IMG/VR virus record: IMGVR_UViG_3300016457_001349
DNA from: an uncultured virus (IMG/VR IMGVR_UViG_3300016457_001349)
Lineage: Duplodnaviria; Heunggongvirae; Uroviricota; Caudoviricetes
Reading direction: 5' to 3' (one strand)
Length of the DNA stretch: 64,000 nucleotides
The notes beneath the pieces are model-generated. The model did not search any database, had not been told where the DNA came from, and saw only the letters and a list, made by a program, of their open reading frames with translations. A program made the translations under genes and the position numbers. Shown here piece by piece: positions 46,841 through 55,451 of this stretch. The first letter of the stretch is position 1. Each line of letters begins with the position of its first letter.

Positions 46841-47358
46841 TACACCTTTTCCTCTATCTTAATATCATCAAAACCAATTCTATAACTATCGCTTGAGTGT
46901 CGGCATCTAAATCCTACGCATCCCGAGGCAATGGGATTTTCATCCATGAAATTGGCAATAGTGATCCAGGTACCACTTTCAAGAACATCTATATTAAAAA
47001 GAGAACCACAGGCTGAAAAACGAATTGTATAAGGCGAAGGTGTAAAATGATCATCTAGCATATAATAAATGCAGGTTCCAATGTAATTCTCATAGCGATA
47101 GACCCAGATATAAGCTTTCTCAGAACTTTGTTGTCTAGTCTGTAAGTAGTATCCTCTTTTAAAATCGTTGTCAAAACGGAGAAAGGGTCCGCCTTGGCTC
47201 TGGCTATTATAAAACATACTTAATTGAACTCGGCAGTCCTCTAAGTCGTCTCGCCCTTTCCATTTTGAGTCCGTATTCCCCCATCCTCGGAATCTATGCG
47301 AACCTTCAACTAGAACTACATCATACTTTCCAGTTATTTCCCAATCGGTAGCTGCCAC
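46840..47358 (-). CDS. Concanavalin A/LamG-like beta-sandwich virion protein
   Basis: GYYL, IASGCVGF, IGFDDIKI pattern. Confidence 0.55.
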   Translation of the reverse strand: MAATDWEITGKYDVVLVEGSHRFRGWGNTDSKWKGRDDLEDCRVQLSMFYNSQSQGGPFLRFDNDFKRGYYLQTRQQSSEKAYIWVYRYENYIGTCIYYMLDDHFTPSPYTIRFSACGSLFNIDVLESGTWITIANFMDENPIASGCVGFRCRHSSDSYRIGFDDIKIEEKV

Positions 47359-47374
47359 ATAAACCTCACATTAT

Positions 47375-47725
47375 TTACCATCCACTTTCAAAATCTTCTA
47401 TAAATAAGACATTGAAACTGTCTGAGATAGTCCATCCATTTTCAAAACTTTCAAAAAATAAGGTATTGAAACTGCCTTCAATGGACCAACCACTTTCAAA
47501 ATCCTCTGAAAATATTTCATAAAAACTTCCAGAACCTTCCCAACCACTTTCAAAGTCTTCAAAAAATAAGGTGGAGAAACTTCCCTCAATATTCCATCCG
47601 TTTTCGAAGCTTTCAAGGAATAAGGTAGAAAAACTTCCTGAGATTTTCCATCCCCTCTCAAAGTCCTCAAAGAATCTTTCGTGCCAAAATTTAAATTGAA
47701 GAAGGGGTCCAAAGCGAAACCTCAC
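47375..47725 (-). CDS. 18-aa tandem repeat protein (FxE[DS]FExGW...GSF)
   Basis: Six copies of a 54-bp/18-aa unit, the last one partial. Confidence 0.75.
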   Translation of the reverse strand: MRFRFGPLLQFKFWHERFFEDFERGWKISGSFSTLFLESFENGWNIEGSFSTLFFEDFESGWEGSGSFYEIFSEDFESGWSIEGSFNTLFFESFENGWTISDSFNVLFIEDFESGW

Positions 47726-49959
47726 AAATCTAACTCAATTATGGATTTACGTAATTGTTCCAGGGCTACAAAATCCGCCCTTTGGACATAAAGAGTTACT
47801 AATCTCACAATCTTTCTATATAGATCGCTCTGAAATTTAGAACTAATTGTAACTATTTCAGAAATTGTTTTTAAAACTGAAATTGAAAAATATGCTGATA
47901 GAATTTGAAAATCTTGAATCTTTTTTAATACTTGAATTGAAGGCTGCTCTGACAAATGAATGTTATCATATTTGGAAATGCCTACTATTTTTTGGAGCAG
48001 CTCCTTCAAGAGAAGATTTGTCTCTATATTTTTCTTAAAAAATTTTTCTTGACTCTCAAATTTTATTAAAAGGTCTTCAAAGAAATTTTTTCCAACCAAT
48101 TTATTGACCCAGCCCTGAGTTTCAAGCTGGTCAAATTTGAATAGTTGGCTCCTGGAGCTAAATAAGTCAGATAAGCCTTGCTGCTCAAAATGATTTTTTA
48201 CAACTTGAAAGAAAAACTCTTTTTGCTCCAATAAAAGCGATTCAAATTTTTCAGAGTTAAATTTAAGGCTAGAATCCTCCGCCATTTCAAGGCTTTCAAA
48301 AAAGCTTCGGATCACACCTCTTGTTATCTTAAAAATTTCAGAAATAATTTCCTCATCATATAAGTTCCAGCGAGGCGCTTTAATGGAAAGTTTTTCAGAG
48401 AAATCAATCGGGCTCTCAACAAGAAATTTCCCATTATGAAGACTAGGCCTTTCAAAAAAGCTGAGCGTATCAGAAAGAAATTCTTCCCAAAGCTTTGCTA
48501 AAGTATATTCAAGATTTTCATTTGAGAAGAAATCGGTAAAAAATTCCAAGGTATATTGAAGCGAACCTTCCTTACCAAATATTTTGGTAAATTGACTTGT
48601 ATAAACCTGAAAAATCTCCAAAAAGAATTTTGAAATAGCGGTAGAAATTTGCTCTGAACTGAAAACACTATCAATGGCTTCTTTTTGAAAACTAGCCAAT
48701 AAGTCCGAATATAATGAAAGTGTTTCCCTTAGAACCAAATTTATATTTCCAGAAAAAGAAATTTTATCAAAAATCTTATCTAGACTATCCTGAATAAATT
48801 TACCAAGATCAGAATTTCTAAATTCTGAAAAATCAAGAAAATCTTCTTTGTTCTTACAAAATTGTAATTGAAGTTCATCAAGAAAACTTTGGATTTCATC
48901 GGTTGATCTAGAAATTATTTTAGATGGAAATTCACCAATTAATAGAAAATCTCTTGGTCGAAAAACTGGTAATTTGAAATAAAATCTAGACTCCCAAACT
49001 GGAATAGCAGAATAGAAACCCTTGCCAATTACAAAATTGTAATCGGTCTCTGAAATAGGAATAGACTCAAATTCTTTAAGCTGAGGTTTCATTTGAAAAT
49101 AATCTGAAAAAGTCAGAGCGCCACTTAAGGGAAAGGCAATTTGTTTTTGAAAGTATTCCTTCAACTTTAAGAAATCATGTAGCCCCACCGCCCCAGAAGT
49201 TTGCCAATTAAAAATTTCACTCATTAATAAAATATCGTAAAGCAAAGTCGCCCTTCCCAATTCATATTCAAAAAGATCCTCGAGCGAAAGTAAATCTTTA
49301 GAATATTTAGAAACGGCCCTAAGGATGGATTCGCCGATAGCCTGAGATTCGGGAAAGGTTCGTCTAAATTCAGACAATTTTGAAAACAATTCAGAGGTTT
49401 CCACCAAGTCATAAAGAGAAATAGGAGCAGAAGTTTTTATACTGAAATGCTCGGAAATAAGCAAAGTGTCACTACCTTCTTGAAGCGGTTTCAGTAAAAG
49501 ATCTAGAGCAAATAATACTGGGCTAAAATTGGGAATAGAAAATTCCTCTAAAATCGAAATCAGACTTGAAACTCCTTTCCCGATTTCAAATTTCGAGATT
49601 TTGTCAACAAGCTGAAAGCTATCATCCAAGAAACCGTGTTTTCCTCTTAACGGCAAAATTTCATCGCTAAGAGATAGTATTTCGGAAAACGAGAGGGATA
49701 GACCTAAAAGATCAATAGCCCTTAAGATAGGTGTAAAATTAGGAACATAGCAAGAGAAATCTTCTGAGATATTCATTACTTCAGAAGGGTTTTTGAGGAT
49801 CTTGCTTTGCCTGAATTCGGATAGGGAAACAGAATCCCCAAAAGTTCCATGTTTTCCCCTCAAGGGCTCAATTTGGTCAGAGAGGCTTAGAACTTCATAG
49901 AAATCTTTAGATAAGGATAGAAGATCTATCCCTCTTAATTTCGGGCTATAATTTGCCAT
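47722..49959 (-). CDS. Long repetitive Ser/Glu/Phe/Leu-rich putative fibre protein
   Basis: Recurrent [DE].L.[LI]S[ED] units; duplicated N(Y/F).P.LR.IDLL and PLRGKHG blocks. Confidence 0.6.
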   Translation of the reverse strand: MANYSPKLRGIDLLSLSKDFYEVLSLSDQIEPLRGKHGTFGDSVSLSEFRQSKILKNPSEVMNISEDFSCYVPNFTPILRAIDLLGLSLSFSEILSLSDEILPLRGKHGFLDDSFQLVDKISKFEIGKGVSSLISILEEFSIPNFSPVLFALDLLLKPLQEGSDTLLISEHFSIKTSAPISLYDLVETSELFSKLSEFRRTFPESQAIGESILRAVSKYSKDLLSLEDLFEYELGRATLLYDILLMSEIFNWQTSGAVGLHDFLKLKEYFQKQIAFPLSGALTFSDYFQMKPQLKEFESIPISETDYNFVIGKGFYSAIPVWESRFYFKLPVFRPRDFLLIGEFPSKIISRSTDEIQSFLDELQLQFCKNKEDFLDFSEFRNSDLGKFIQDSLDKIFDKISFSGNINLVLRETLSLYSDLLASFQKEAIDSVFSSEQISTAISKFFLEIFQVYTSQFTKIFGKEGSLQYTLEFFTDFFSNENLEYTLAKLWEEFLSDTLSFFERPSLHNGKFLVESPIDFSEKLSIKAPRWNLYDEEIISEIFKITRGVIRSFFESLEMAEDSSLKFNSEKFESLLLEQKEFFFQVVKNHFEQQGLSDLFSSRSQLFKFDQLETQGWVNKLVGKNFFEDLLIKFESQEKFFKKNIETNLLLKELLQKIVGISKYDNIHLSEQPSIQVLKKIQDFQILSAYFSISVLKTISEIVTISSKFQSDLYRKIVRLVTLYVQRADFVALEQLRKSIIELDL

Positions 49960-49966
49960 CTTTTAA

Positions 49967-50413
49967 TTATGAGCCAAAAGTTAGGGTCCAGTTAATTGTA
50001 AGGGTGTCAGCCGTACCTTTATTAATCTCGGCAAATACTTGACGACACATCATAACCCCGCCCGAGTCAGCGTTAAAAATACCAGCTTCGGTGATAGCAC
50101 CAGTTGCCGTACCAGCACCCCAATCTGCAACATATTTAACCTGGTTTTCATTTGGACTAGGTTGCTGAGTCTTTGAGGTTAAAGGTACGCGGCTAATCTC
50201 AGCTTGAAGGGCAGTATCTGCTGAGGTTGCAGCTTCAGTACCAGTTCCAACGGCCATATACCCCATAGTAGCTTGTCCTTGATCGGACATCTGATCGGCC
50301 ACGTGCTCATTTCCATCGTGAGTTATTACATTGTAAAGGTGCCGTTCTTCTTTTAAGTAACCCAATTCATCCTTTAAGTAAATATCAAGCCAACCTTTAA
50401 TTTTCATTTTCAT
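49967..50413 (-). CDS. Conserved phage structural protein (fibre/collar-associated)
   Basis: NVIT..G, YMAVGTG, DTAL..E..R, ITEAGIFNA..GG, INK...DTL.I.W. Confidence 0.7.
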   Translation of the reverse strand: MKMKIKGWLDIYLKDELGYLKEERHLYNVITHDGNEHVADQMSDQGQATMGYMAVGTGTEAATSADTALQAEISRVPLTSKTQQPSPNENQVKYVADWGAGTATGAITEAGIFNADSGGVMMCRQVFAEINKGTADTLTINWTLTFGS

Positions 50414-50543
50414 TCTCCTTTAATTTCCTAAGTTCATTAAACACTATTTCTTCAAGTTCTTTTATTAAATGATCCCCCTCGGTTTCACCTCCCCTAATTA
50501 ACTTTAGATCGACTTTATCCTCTAATTCTAATGTATAGTTCAT
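50397..50543 (-). CDS. Small hypothetical protein (48 aa)
   Basis: Manual translation MNYTLELEDKVDLKLIRGG...ENEN; fills the intergenic gap. Confidence 0.45.
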   Translation of the reverse strand: MNYTLELEDKVDLKLIRGGETEGDHLIKELEEIVFNELRKLKENENEN

Positions 50544-50547
50544 TTTT

Positions 50548-52368
50548 TTATCCTGCATAAAATGGAATTTTTAGTTGAACATATTTTTTCTTTCTTTCTT
50601 CAGGAATTTGAACTGGCGATACAAGCTCCCAAACATTATAAGGGTCTCCTTTTATTTCAAACTCAAAAACAGAGGCGGCTCGATTAGCGTAACCACCAAA
50701 TCCCATACAAAAAGAGGCCGAGGAATTCTGTAATCCCCATATAAAAGTAGCTTCCTTAGAATCATTAGCCCATTTCCAATATGCGGTAGCAGTTGAGTTT
50801 TTAAATTTAACTTTCACGAAATAGGTGTCTAAATCAGCCCACTTAGTTCCGCTGATATAATCATAAGCACCATTTCCATAATAATATTCAATATCATTAT
50901 TCCAGTAATGAATTCGAATTTGGCCTATTGCATGCCCTCTAAAGGGTTGAAGTACTTGAATCCCATAATTATCAAAATACATTGAGGCAAAATATTGAAA
51001 TTCGTTTCCTGGTTTATATTTCAAGTGTGAAGTCATATACAAATATCCAGTCCCACCAAAGGCGGGCGTTCTTGCAAAACCATCTCCAATCGACCAGTCA
51101 GAGGGTGAGGTAGTACTCCAATTTTCATTGAAAACTGAACCATCAAAGTGTTCAGTAAAGGTTCCTAAAAATTCTTTACCCCAATAATCAGCCATCTCTG
51201 ACGGAAAATCACCAGACTTCCAAGCACTTCCCTCATAATTTAAAGAAGGAGGCTCATCAGAAGATTTTAAATATATTTTCTTCGTTCCATCAATTAAAGT
51301 TCCGATCTTAGAACTAGAACCTTGCCAAGCCTCAATCCTTAAATTGTTTAGTTTTGATGGAAGCTCAATTACACCTGTAACAAAAGAACCAGATAAAACA
51401 TATTCAGTCCCTGAAGTAGCAAGAGTAATATTTTCAGACGAGCCGCTCTCGTGAATTACAGTTTGAAAGGTAGCTTGAGATAAAGGTGAAAAGGTGGAAA
51501 ATGTCAATTGAAAACCAGTACCACCAACTTGAAATAAATTCTCTTCTTTTCCCAAAGAAATATTGCCATCACAATCGGATTTAATAATTTCAGTTCTATC
51601 AATATCTACTATTGCATTGTACATTAAGAATTGAGGCCAAATATTTTCGGTGCCGCCCACTATTCCAAATGGATCTCTTTTAGAACCGTTTACATAATAA
51701 GTACAATACTGATTTTGCAAATCAACTATTGAAGTATTGGTAACTCCGCTCTGATACCAATAATCACCCCAATCGTAATCACCAGTTCCATTTTGAGCCC
51801 GATCGTTATGGACATTTGAATTCCTAACTCCTCGATTCCAGGACGGTCCAAAAGTGGCAACTAAGAAATAATTCCCATTTTGATCCCCAGTTGGCTTCCA
51901 ATAAATTACAAAACGAAAAAGAGCCGATCCGCCTATTGTAAGGTCTAAAGGATCTTCAAATCGCAAGGTAGCATTTTTAACGTATCCAACATGAGCAGCT
52001 CCGCCAATAAGACTCCACTTTCCATCATTATTCCATGCCGTTCCAAATTCTGATCCCTCAAAATCATCAATCCATGTCGAATTTAAGGCGGAAAGTGAGG
52101 GGTTGGTAGCTAAAGTATCTATTTCCTGATTCCCATATTTTAAGAATGCTCTGGAATTCTCTCTTTTTCTAAGTAAAATAAATTCTGAGACCCCAGTTGC
52201 ATCCCACTTTTCAATTTTATATTCTATTGGTTCGCCATAATCATCGAAAAATCTAATGTCTTTTCCATCGGGGTCACAATGAGAATAATCAAAATTTTCA
52301 AGTCTCAGATAGAAAGTTCCAGCTTTAGTAGAATCAAAAGTTAATTCTCTAAAATATTGAAATGCCAT
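50548..52368 (-). CDS. DUF2341-like / ConA-like virion appendage with shared module
   Basis: FDYSHCDPDGKDIRF...YKIEKWD...KYGN (DUF2341-like); DDFEG and EHFDG lectin-like domains; GSFVTGVIEL...DGTKKIYL...KYVQLKIPF. Confidence 0.7.
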   Translation of the reverse strand: MAFQYFRELTFDSTKAGTFYLRLENFDYSHCDPDGKDIRFFDDYGEPIEYKIEKWDATGVSEFILLRKRENSRAFLKYGNQEIDTLATNPSLSALNSTWIDDFEGSEFGTAWNNDGKWSLIGGAAHVGYVKNATLRFEDPLDLTIGGSALFRFVIYWKPTGDQNGNYFLVATFGPSWNRGVRNSNVHNDRAQNGTGDYDWGDYWYQSGVTNTSIVDLQNQYCTYYVNGSKRDPFGIVGGTENIWPQFLMYNAIVDIDRTEIIKSDCDGNISLGKEENLFQVGGTGFQLTFSTFSPLSQATFQTVIHESGSSENITLATSGTEYVLSGSFVTGVIELPSKLNNLRIEAWQGSSSKIGTLIDGTKKIYLKSSDEPPSLNYEGSAWKSGDFPSEMADYWGKEFLGTFTEHFDGSVFNENWSTTSPSDWSIGDGFARTPAFGGTGYLYMTSHLKYKPGNEFQYFASMYFDNYGIQVLQPFRGHAIGQIRIHYWNNDIEYYYGNGAYDYISGTKWADLDTYFVKVKFKNSTATAYWKWANDSKEATFIWGLQNSSASFCMGFGGYANRAASVFEFEIKGDPYNVWELVSPVQIPEERKKKYVQLKIPFYAG

Positions 52369-52524
52369 TTATACGCCCTTTATTTTTTGCCATGTACGAA
52401 AACCCATAAAAGCCATGGCTACTAAAATCCAAGACTGACTATCCAATTTACTTAAAACTAACAAAATGGTTGCAACTATGAAAACTATAAATTCTCTACT
52501 TGAAATTTTTTTATGGAGTTTCAT
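52369..52524 (-). CDS. Holin-like two-TM protein (51 aa)
   Basis: Manual translation MKLHKKISSREFIVFIVATILLVLSKLDSQSWILVAMAFMGFRTWQKIKGV. Confidence 0.6.
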   Translation of the reverse strand: MKLHKKISSREFIVFIVATILLVLSKLDSQSWILVAMAFMGFRTWQKIKGV

Positions 52525-53692
52525 CTTTCTTTCCTCGTCTTTCTTCAAGTTTTTTAAAATACTCTATCACTTTATCAATCTGATAAATTTCCCCCTTCCG
52601 ATAAGCTTGAATTGCTGAGAGTGAAGTTTTTAGAGGATAGAAAAACCTGAAAAGTTTTACTTTATCTTCTTTCTTGCTTTGCTCAGCTTCTCTTTTAACT
52701 TTAGGATCTTTAACTCTAACCTCGGCCTTTATCATATCCCAAGCGAGAGCTTCTTTCGCCGACAACTCAACTCTAATGGGCGGACGAATACGTTCAACTT
52801 TTAGACGATAAATAGGAACATAGGAAGTGTAAGGCCCTAAACCTTCATCCTGAAGAAGTTGAAACCTATGCCATAATTCTTTAGGAAGCTGTCTTAACAT
52901 TCTGAACCAAATAGGTTTTAAAACATGGTCAGGAAGATTGCCTTTTATAAGAACATCTATATCATTTGCAGTCTCGCCTCTATTTACTAAACCACCAGTC
53001 AAAAAAATAAACGGATCTGAAATTACAAAACTTTCCAATTTTTCAAGGATCTCAGGTAATCTAATTGTTTCTCCAATTTTTTCCCCAGATCCTCCAACTC
53101 TCGCATACGCTTTTCTAATTTCCTTATTCGTAGCCACCAAAGAAAAACGGTTAAGATACAATACTTTAGAATCAAAAAAAGTTTTTTCATAATCATCCTC
53201 GGAAACTCTATGTTCATCAAAGTACTCTAAAAATTTACTGGGATCTATCTTCTTAGAAGAATCAACCCTAATCACACCCCAAATATCTTCTTTACCATCG
53301 TAAATTTTTTCCTTTGGCAAAAAACTCCCATCTGCTAGAAAGTAAAGTCCACTATATTTTTTCTTAGATAGGAAAGCGGTTTGAACTCCTTTAATTATGA
53401 GTGCAGGATCAGAAACCTCGATTACTTTATGGACCTTTTTCTTAATAAGTGAAAAAACTAAATCTCTTTCTTTAATATCCGGTAAGTGAATTGTAATTTT
53501 TGACTTAGTAAGAATCGCATTTATAATTTTTTTGAGAATAGATATTACTTGTCGCTCAGTAAATTTAAATTTTTCGCCTTTTTTGACCGAAGAAAGCCAA
53601 GCCAAACAAATACGAAAGTCGTCTGCCAAAACCCTCTCGTCAGATGGAATTTTGTAATCGAGGGGATTTTTTATTTTTAAGAGTTCTTTCAA
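52511..53692 (-). CDS. Multidomain head-module protein: helical domain + ASCH/PUA-like domain + pol-beta nucleotidyltransferase + probable ligase N-terminal segment
   Basis: LTGGLVNRGETANDIDVLIK (GG...DxD); C-terminal FFYPLK segment; TTG start with AGGAG SD. Confidence 0.65.
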   Translation of the reverse strand: MKELLKIKNPLDYKIPSDERVLADDFRICLAWLSSVKKGEKFKFTERQVISILKKIINAILTKSKITIHLPDIKERDLVFSLIKKKVHKVIEVSDPALIIKGVQTAFLSKKKYSGLYFLADGSFLPKEKIYDGKEDIWGVIRVDSSKKIDPSKFLEYFDEHRVSEDDYEKTFFDSKVLYLNRFSLVATNKEIRKAYARVGGSGEKIGETIRLPEILEKLESFVISDPFIFLTGGLVNRGETANDIDVLIKGNLPDHVLKPIWFRMLRQLPKELWHRFQLLQDEGLGPYTSYVPIYRLKVERIRPPIRVELSAKEALAWDMIKAEVRVKDPKVKREAEQSKKEDKVKLFRFFYPLKTSLSAIQAYRKGEIYQIDKVIEYFKKLEERRGKKDETP

Positions 53693-54164
53693 GATAGAAA
53701 TCTCCTATAAAAATTTTATCACACAAAAAATAATGAGTTCCATTTTGCGCTCTTAATCTAAAAGGAATAGCCTCAATTAAATCAATTTTTTCAATTTTCA
53801 TTATTCGCTCGAACTTAAAAATTGAATTTGAAAAATCAAATCCAAATTGAAAGGGATTCAAAGTGGGGATTACATCACCTACTTTTAAGTTCGAAGCTTT
53901 GATCCGGCCTAAACCGTCTAAATATATTACTATCGGCGTATCTGGAGTAACCTCCATAAAATCAAATAGTTCTCCGTAATAGATTCTGAGACCATCCGGA
54001 AAAATGTTTTTAACATTTTTTTCGCGATGGAGTTTGGCCAAGAAGGGACTTTCATTTTTTTTCAAGCTCAAAATTTTGAACCCTTCAATCTCAGAGGCGC
54101 GAAAGATTTTCCATTTTTTCTCTCTGGTCCAAACCGGTACCAAAGAATCCGCTGAAATGGCCAT
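53640..54164 (-). CDS. Stand-alone degenerate Hint (intein-like) domain protein
   Basis: AISADSLV, EVTPDTP, ASNLKVGD, ERIMKIEK, GTHYFLCDKIF; lacks Cys/Ser1, the block-B His and the terminal HN. Confidence 0.65.
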   Translation of the reverse strand: MAISADSLVPVWTREKKWKIFRASEIEGFKILSLKKNESPFLAKLHREKNVKNIFPDGLRIYYGELFDFMEVTPDTPIVIYLDGLGRIKASNLKVGDVIPTLNPFQFGFDFSNSIFKFERIMKIEKIDLIEAIPFRLRAQNGTHYFLCDKIFIGDFYLERTLKNKKSPRLQNSI

Positions 54165-55444
54165 TATTCTTCCTCAGTTCTAGGGTTCTCGGGCAATCCC
54201 CTGTCGGGCCCACCTGTCCTAGCATCGTATTTTTGCTTTCTCTGAGTTGAGAAGTGTGGCTCGTTACCCCATGGCACTGCCGGAAGTCCTTCCTGGGCTC
54301 TTATTTCATTTATTGTCATAACACCACAATTAAGAACACGTTCCCAAATTCTGGTCTTAATATCCAGATTTTCTTTAAGAGCATCTACGCCCGATATGTC
54401 AAATTCACAAAATACATTGGTGAAAAATTTAGGAAAAACCAACTCATTCAAGTGTGCTTGAACCTTTTTTAATTTAGGCAGAATAGTATCTTCATAAAAA
54501 GCTCTTTTCATCTCAAAGGCAGAAGCAAAGGTCGTTAAATCAAAAATTCCAACCTTAGCCGGATTAACTCCGAAACCTGAAATTACCTCTTGTCTTGAAA
54601 GTTTTCTTCCTTCAGAAAATTCCATATCTCCTTTTGAGGCCTCAATTTGTTTGTATTTCAGCCCTTCTTCTAATATGAGAGTCTTATGAGATTTAGAAGC
54701 ACCGGCATAAGTTTCTTCCCATTGCTTTCGTAGTCTTTGAATCGTGTTATCAGTAAGGGATCTGTCCGTCTCCAAAATCCCACTCATTTTAGCTCCTTTT
54801 TGAAAAAATCTTTTGTTATATAGCATGGTATATAAATCAATTATTACGCTCTGTTGGAGAGGCGAAAGAGCAGTCATGCCCCAATATTCAGAAGTGGGAT
54901 TGAAATATTTAAAATGAATTATCTCGTCTGGCTCAAAGAATATCTTCTTTCCGTTCACTTCATATTCATATCCTTGGATCTTTCGTTTAGGATCTGGAAT
55001 GATTTTAATCTTGTCGCTCCTAAGCGGCGAAAGAAGAACTGGCTTTTTTCGTCCGCCTTTCTCAGAATAAGTCACTTCCCAAAAGCAGTTTCCAGTCAAC
55101 TCAAGAAATCCAAATGTCCATTCCCATAGGTCAAAAGAAGACATCCAGGGATTGGGGCGAAAAAATAAAGCGCCAACTTCAGAATTTTCATCAAGTGGTA
55201 TCTTTTTATTTTTACTAACTTTTTTATAAAATTTAAGTGGAATCATTGCACAAGCAGAAGAAATCGCAAAAACACTTGAATAGACCCATACATAGTTTTT
55301 ATATAGTTCAAGGTAATCAGTCATTGCAGGGTCTTTACTTTTCTTAAATTCTTCCTCCTCAGCCTCAAGAGGAATGCCCCTTATTGATTTTTGTAATTTC
55401 TTATAAACTTTAAATTTAACTTTTTCAAGGAGATTCATAAACAT
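54164..55444 (-). CDS. Portal protein, HK97 family
   Basis: VYSSV..I, RPNPWMS, LELTGN, IIHFKY, ILEEGLKY, MTINEIRAQEGLP. Confidence 0.95.
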   Translation of the reverse strand: MFMNLLEKVKFKVYKKLQKSIRGIPLEAEEEEFKKSKDPAMTDYLELYKNYVWVYSSVFAISSACAMIPLKFYKKVSKNKKIPLDENSEVGALFFRPNPWMSSFDLWEWTFGFLELTGNCFWEVTYSEKGGRKKPVLLSPLRSDKIKIIPDPKRKIQGYEYEVNGKKIFFEPDEIIHFKYFNPTSEYWGMTALSPLQQSVIIDLYTMLYNKRFFQKGAKMSGILETDRSLTDNTIQRLRKQWEETYAGASKSHKTLILEEGLKYKQIEASKGDMEFSEGRKLSRQEVISGFGVNPAKVGIFDLTTFASAFEMKRAFYEDTILPKLKKVQAHLNELVFPKFFTNVFCEFDISGVDALKENLDIKTRIWERVLNCGVMTINEIRAQEGLPAVPWGNEPHFSTQRKQKYDARTGGPDRGLPENPRTEEE

Positions 55445-55451
55445 CCTCTCT

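Noticed and set aside
47375..47725. Regularly spaced DNA repeats resembling a CRISPR array
   Set aside because: The period is 54 bp and in frame, variation is synonymous or conservative, and there are no unique spacers: a coding repeat.
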